From Chlorokybus atmophyticus (Eukaryota; Plantae; Mesostigma and Chlorokybus algae), in the NCBI GenBank assembly GCA_009103225.1, contig RHPI01002533.1:647368-711367 (forward strand): DNA of 64,000 nt. The letters are read 5' to 3'. The number at the start of each line of letters is the position of its first letter. Position 1 is the first letter of the stretch. Under the pieces are notes generated by a model. That model was not told the DNA's origin, did not search any database, and saw only the letters and a program-made list of their open reading frames with translations. This document shows positions 57,913-64,000 of this stretch, piece by piece. Position numbers and translations under genes: made by a program.

Positions 57913-58851
57913 CTGGGGAGGTGGTCTGCTGGTGACGTGGACTCACTTTGCGAGAGTGACTAAATCTGCCTGAGGTGCTCACGTGACGATGCACAAGCAC
58001 TGTGCTTCGGCCTTGTGCGGCTCCAAAGTGTGCAATTCGAGGGGGTACTTAAACCTGCTAAAGGGGTACGGTTGGTTTTGCGCGAGTCCTATGTGGACGC
58101 CGCGTTGCCGGTCATTGTCAGTCAAGAAATGAGACCATTGTCCCAGGCTCCGGCCACAACCCCGCACGTAGGCATGCCTTCTACAGCACATTATCAGAAA
58201 GAACCGGTCTCTTGCTGACACGGCCGGTCGTTGGACGTTGTCACTGTCCCTCGGCTGTGGCGCATCGTGTGGCCGCGGATGAGCGCGCGGGGAAAATATC
58301 TGGTTGGAGGGAAAATCCAACAGGCAGGTAACCGGACGCTGGTTGGTCGGTTGGTTTGGGCTACGGCATTGCCGCGGCCTTGGCGCGGTCATATGACTCT
58401 TCAAAGCGGAGTCAGGCGCGGGGGGGCAGCCGTCCCCGCTGCCCGGCAGCGTCAATGCATTGCGGTTAGAGTGTTAGACTTCGGTTAACGTTGTCGTGGC
58501 TTTGCGAGCTTCAAAGTCGGTGGGGAAGAGCGGTGGCTGTGTTTCAACAAGCAAAAAGGCTGGGACGCGGCTTGGTCGTGGCGTCTTGGCTAAAGCAAGT
58601 ACACTAGGCGGCCTACACGGTGCGTGCAGGGGTGGCGGCGGAGGCGGTGGTGGTGGTTGGAGGCGTCGCAGCGACGTGGCCTTTGTAGCTGTCTGTCGGA
58701 GGCTGCTGCTGCTCGTGGTGGTGTGAGGAGTTGCTTGCCGAAGTTGTCGTGGTTGTTGCGTGAGGAGGCAGCTGTGTGCGTGTGTGAGTCAGTGAGTGCG
58801 TGTCTGGTCTTGCCTGTGTGGGGGCGGCGGCCAAGGGTTTGACAAGGCGCA

Positions 58852-61800
58852 ATGGCGTCGGCCGCCGCCGCCGTGTCGCTGGTGGGTTCGTCCGTGTCCT
58901 TGAGGAGAGTTTCCGGGGCGTTCGGGGCGCCGAGGAGGCGGGTGGCAGCGCCTTCCAGGCAAGCTCGGTGCCAGCTGGCGAATGGGAGCGACAGCACAAG
59001 GGGTTTGCGGGTGGGTCCGCAGCTGCGGCAGTTCAAGGAGGTCTGTCAGACTGCCATAGAAAGGCTCGCCCCGCCGTTGCAGGCGGCGGCCCCCTTTGCC
59101 CTGCCCGCCCTGCTGACGCCAATGCTCCCCGGCGTGGACCTCGCCGGCCCAGGCTCCGTCTTGGAGGTGCGCGCACTGCCGTCGCAGTCCCAGTTGCACT
59201 ACAACAGCAACTGGGTCATGCTGCACACTCAACGCAGTGTTTCAGCTTCAATTCGGCGTGTGGTAGTGCAATTCCAGTGTGTTGTTGGGCATTAATAGCT
59301 TCAATTCGGCGTGTGGTAGTGCAATTTCAGTGTGTTGTTGGGCATTAATGATGTGTTCAATTGCTGTCAATTGTTTCACCAGCCATGGCAATGCCAGCAG
59401 CAGTACACGATTGGCAAGTTGATCGATTCCTACGTAACCAACAGCAATGCAGATCAATTGCACAGCGTGTTTGTTGGCATGCCACGTAATATCAAGCAAT
59501 CAAGCATGCGGGACGTGCCTTAAACTGGTTGCCCAGATATTTTGCTGTATGGCAACTGTCTTGTTTAGCAGTCTCAACATGTGTCCAAAGTTGCTTACAT
59601 TGGTTTGTGTGCACCTGCAAACACTTGTTGCTTTAGCTTGCGGACTGAACTTGCTGTTGGTGTGGCTGCTGGTCAGCGCCACTGACTGAAACACGTCTGC
59701 GTTTGCAGGCTGTGGCGGTGCTTGCCACTATTATTGCGGTGCACGAATGCGGTCACTTGTACGCGGCTAGAAGTCGAGGCATTCACGTGACCAAGTTTGC
59801 ACTTGGGTTTGGGCCCAAGCTGTTGTCATTCAAGCCTGACACTGTGGAGTACTCACTGCGCCTCATTCCGCTGGGCGGGTGAGTATTGTGATGCCTTGTC
59901 ACCTTTTCTCCCCAAATGGTTGCGTGCAAATGGAAGCAAGCTTTGATGTTTCTGACGTTGTTGTTTCAACAATGAGTAGCAGTGCACTTAGCAGTGCACT
60001 TAGCATTACAACCACAGCGTGACTTTGTGCACTGGGGAAACTGCGTTCGTCATTGTTCATGTAGTCTGTAAGGTGGAATACGTCCGTGCTGCGTCATTTC
60101 GTTGTTATGGTGCATCATGTATCGCACACGGAAGTCGCAATAACCCATTGCTACTGCATGCGACATCTACCCTGCTGTTCAATGCTGTCAAGGATGACTG
60201 GCTTGTTATCCTACATCTGTAGTACCGAGAACAACCCGCTTGTAGCCCTTGAAACTAATATTCGCCATATGATGAACACCGTTGTGCAATGCTCTGGCTG
60301 AACATGCGTCACACTCGCCAATGGAGTCTCATGTACTGACATCCTCATATGCAGGTACGTTGCGTTCCCTGATGAAGACCCGGATTCCACCATCCCACCC
60401 GATGACCCGAACCTTCTGCGCAACCGGCCACTGCTGGACCGGGCTTGGGTCGTGTCGGCTGGCGTCATCTTCAACTTCATCTTCGCTTTCTTTGTGCTCA
60501 CAACACAGGTAGGCAAGAATAGGCCTTGGGTTGCTGCGTCACCCCCATCCCCACTCCAGAAAAGCACAACAGAGTTGATTTCACTCCCACTCAGATTATT
60601 CACTACTGCTTGCATCATGTCACGTGTAAATACTCTATGTCAAGGTGCCTGATGAGGCAGAGCGTTACAGTGTCTACATGACCAGTCTTTCACTTATTTA
60701 CCGAGGGGGAAAGCGGCGGGGGAATGGAACTTCCTAGTTGCTTGTGGCAGTGGTCAGTGCACTTCTTGCGTGTGTCAAAGAATGTGATTCACATACTCCG
60801 TGGCAGGCGTGCACCACCGGCATGGTGAAGCAAACCCTTCTCCCGGGCGTGTCCGTGCCGGGTCTCGTCGAGGGCCCCTCAAGAGCACGGGAAGCCGGGC
60901 TGCACAAGGGGGACCTCATTGTCGCAATTAACGGGGAGACTGTGAATAACGATCCTGGGGCCGTGAATGCCGTAGCTGACCGCATCCGCAATAGCCCTGA
61001 GCACCGCATCACACTCTCCGTGCAACGCAATGGAGAGGTAAGTGCCAGCAGAGCGTCTAGCATGTGTGGATGTTGGGTGCACATGTGTGTTTGAAGGTGT
61101 AGATGTGGGATACGTGCATTGTGACATAGATCGATGCGTGTCTCAGGTGGTTGATCTTGGAGTGGTTCCTGAGTTGTCGGCAGACGGGTCGGGCCGTATT
61201 GGCGTGCAGTTGGTCTCGCACATGGACACTGAGAGGACTGTTGCAAGGAGTCCTCGTAAGTGAACATGGCAACGAGGCAGCAAACATTGCGTGTTTGCGC
61301 ATGCTGACAGTGATGCTGTCCGTGCAGGTGTTGCCATCGGCATGGCCTCCAAGGAGTTCAGTCGCCTGTTCAATGTGGTGGTGAGCGGCTTGCAACAGAT
61401 CGTATTCAACTTTTCGCAGACAGCCGAGCGGGTGTCTGGACCGGTGGCAATTCTTGCTGCCGGAGCAGAGGTACACACAGTGGATTAAACTCACATTGTT
61501 TGCTTAATATTTGCTTAATCAAACCGCGTGGGCTGACACTGAGGCTTTTAGGTTGCACGCAATGAACCACCCGGGCTGTATCAGTTCGCAGCAATTGTAA
61601 ACATCAACCTGGCGGTTGTTAACATGTTGCCTCTGCCCGCCCTTGACGGAGGTTTCCTATTCTTGATGCTGATTGAGGCTATACGCGGCGGCAAGAGGCT
61701 CCCGCAGGTGTGCATGACTTATTGGTGGCGCACTGTTATACATGTAACTCATGTATCCGTAGCTTACTCGCTACAGTACACATTTGCATCACTCACGCTT

Positions 61801-61932
61801 ACACTTGCCACTTGCCTGCAGGAGGTGGAGGCGGTTGTCATGTCATCAGGTCTTGTCCTTCTGCTTGGCCTTGGCATGGTTCTCGTCGTGCGCGACACGC
61901 TTAACCTCGACTTTGTAAAGGCATTACTGTGA
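58852..61932 (+). CDS. ARASP: Chloroplast membrane zinc metalloprotease, M50/S2P RseP-like with PDZ
   Basis: Transit-like N-terminus, HECGH zinc motif, FALGFGPKL, YSLRLIPLGG, PDZ-like AGLHKGDLIVAING, NMLPLPALDGG third ligand. Confidence 0.93.
59244..59349. repeat. Two-copy 53-bp tandem duplication, intronic
   Basis: AGCTTCAATTCGGCGTGTGGTAGTGCAATT(C/T)CAGTGTGTTGTTGGGCATTAAT twice. Confidence 0.9.
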
Positions 61933-63013
61933 GAGCGATTCGTGGATGGTTTCCGACCAGATTAGAGTCCAATTCGTACTGCTGCATTGCAGCAGTGATT
62001 CATAAGTCCGGCTGAGCGTACCACCATTGTTACGCGGACTGTTCATACACGATAAGTTCAGTAAGGGCCGCTGTGCTGGAGGTTGTACAGGTAGATTGCA
62101 CGACGCACATGTGCACAAGTTCTATGTAGGCGTATAGACACACAGCATACACAAACCAATTTGTTATCCCAGCCAGTCAGCCCGCAAGCTGCACAACCCT
62201 TGATGCCAGCCTATTATGTGTAATAACTACTTCCCTGCAGTACGCTAGCGGACACCTGCTACCTAGGCAAGCCATATGTGCATGGCAATAATGGTGCGCG
62301 TGTGTAGAGCAGCATGAGACTTTATGATGCATCGCATGCATATGGCATACACATCAGGGTGATGGTGTGATCGCTCAAGCCCACGGCATGCCAAAGCCTG
62401 CTTAGTGCTGAGCCTGCCCCAGGCCGGACTAACTTTAATTGCTGCGTTCTGGCACTGGCGCTGTGCTTGTTTGCCTGCACACGGGTTAGCAGTAGCATAG
62501 CGTAGCAAGCCATTGTACTAGCCCGTTGGTGAGTACTTGTTGCAGTGCATGTCATGCACTGCAACAAGTTGTCCATTCACCATGCAACCTGTGTATGCTC
62601 AGGTGGGTGACTGCTGCTGCTACCTGCCTCACCCATCATTGCATTGCACAGCGCATAGGAGCACCTGTTGCAATGGGCGGCGGTGGCCCCGAATGTATTT
62701 GTAATCATGTCTCTGCTTGCCTATGGTGTATGTTTTGCCTTTGAGCATAGCCTGTGACTGCATGGTTTAACAACGACTTATACGCTATGCATGCTGGCAC
62801 AGCAGCATACCCCTTTCATACACTGTCTTCCAGGCAAACTTTGCAAAAGACTTGGGGCGTCCATCATCTTACAGCTCAGTCTTTATGCAACAGCTGAATT
62901 TGTGCAAGCACAGTGCGATATGTGCTAAGGTGACGCCAAGAACCATTATTTAGGTGTTTGCAGCCGCCAGTGAGCTTCCAACAAGAGTGATGTACAGCAT
63001 GCCAGCCTAGCAT

Positions 63014-64000
63014 CTACCGATAGTACCTCCCAAACTGCTGGAAATAGTACTCGTCGGGCGTGTTCGACATTGCCATATTCCTTGTTGTCTTGTCCCTGCG
63101 CATTGCACCATCTCAACACCACCCAACAACTCACACCACAACAACCACAACCATACATCCTCAATCTGCCTCACACCTCATCACGGACTCCTCTTTCTGT
63201 GTCAGCTGCATCTGCGCGAGCTCCTCGCGCGCGCCCCGCCTCTGCTGCTCCAGCTGCAACGCCCGCAGCGTGGCGATCTGACGCACGAGCTCCTGATCAC
63301 GCGCAAGCCGCGCCTCCTCATCCCTCTCAGTCTAGGCACAACAATCAGGGATGAGGGTCTCGCTCTGGATGATAGTTCATGACAACAACAACAACATTCT
63401 CATACCTGTTTCTGCTGTCGTGCGGCTGCGCGCTGCTCCTCCTGCTGCCTGCGTATGGCCGCGGTGTCCTGGGCGTTCATGCCCTTGTAGTGGTCGGGCC
63501 GCGGGCGCAGCGGGTTGGCTGTGGACACGCCGAGGGAGGGGTCTTCCGTCAGCAAGGCGCTCCTCAACAGATACATCTGTAAGTGGAGAGTGGTTTGAGT
63601 GTGTTTGATGTGAGGAATGAGAGGTGTGTGAAGGTGGGTGGGTGGGTGGGTGGGAGGCTCAGACTTACCTGCTCGGCCTCTTTGGCAGCCTGCTCGGATT
63701 CGCGCTGCGCCTGAGTGGCGCGCTCGGCCTCCTCTTGCCTCGCACGGTTCTCTGCGGCCGTCATCTGCGTACGACACGACACATGTTGCCTCGCGCTGTA
63801 CATGTCCCAACTACAACGAACGTGTCCTGATCGTTTTTGTTCCAATTCATGCATGTGTGAGCATGAGCGCGTGTGCTGTAATAGCCCCTTGCAAGACTTG
63901 GTGACTCCATATATACCTTGTTGTGCTCGCTGCGTGCCTGCGCGGCCTCCGCCTCCGCCCTAGCCTGCATCGCCTCCTGCGCCTAAACACACCCAAACCA
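63014..64000 (-). CDS. RIB43A: Flagellar ribbon protein RIB43A (5'-partial)
   Basis: LLTEDPSLGVSTANPLRPRPDHYKGMNAQDTAAIRRQQEEQ and C-terminal NTPDEYYFQQFGRYYR* match RIB43A/RIBC motifs; coiled-coil exons. Confidence 0.85.

Overview
Gene-dense, intron-rich nuclear DNA of a photosynthetic green eukaryote with a flagellated stage. It has plastid-targeted genes, a plant-type AP-4 beta and TRB, and the axonemal gene RIB43A. An early-diverging streptophyte or other green alga is my inference, not a determination. I reconstructed about 20 spliced genes by eye, in almost strictly alternating orientation: ORC2, a plastid membrane protein, a PQ-loop transporter, IMP3, AP-4 beta, SYP2 syntaxin, NSF, a DUF218-like protein, an E2 lacking its catalytic Cys, an hnRNP-Q-AcD-like protein, several hypotheticals, ZC3H15/DFRP1, TRB/SMH, an LNR protein, a CCDC87-like protein, ARASP/RseP and RIB43A. 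Mobile DNA comprises a decayed intron-containing pogo transposon and a related 466-bp MITE. The most striking observation is a telomere-repeat-binding (Myb-H1-coiled-coil) gene whose own promoter holds 15 telomeric hexamers in 232 bp, arranged as palindromes, suggesting an autoregulatory circuit. Single or double telo-boxes also sit in the 5' regions of other genes in the window. Exon boundaries were read manually and need RNA-seq confirmation, and family assignments come from recalled motif similarity rather than database searches.
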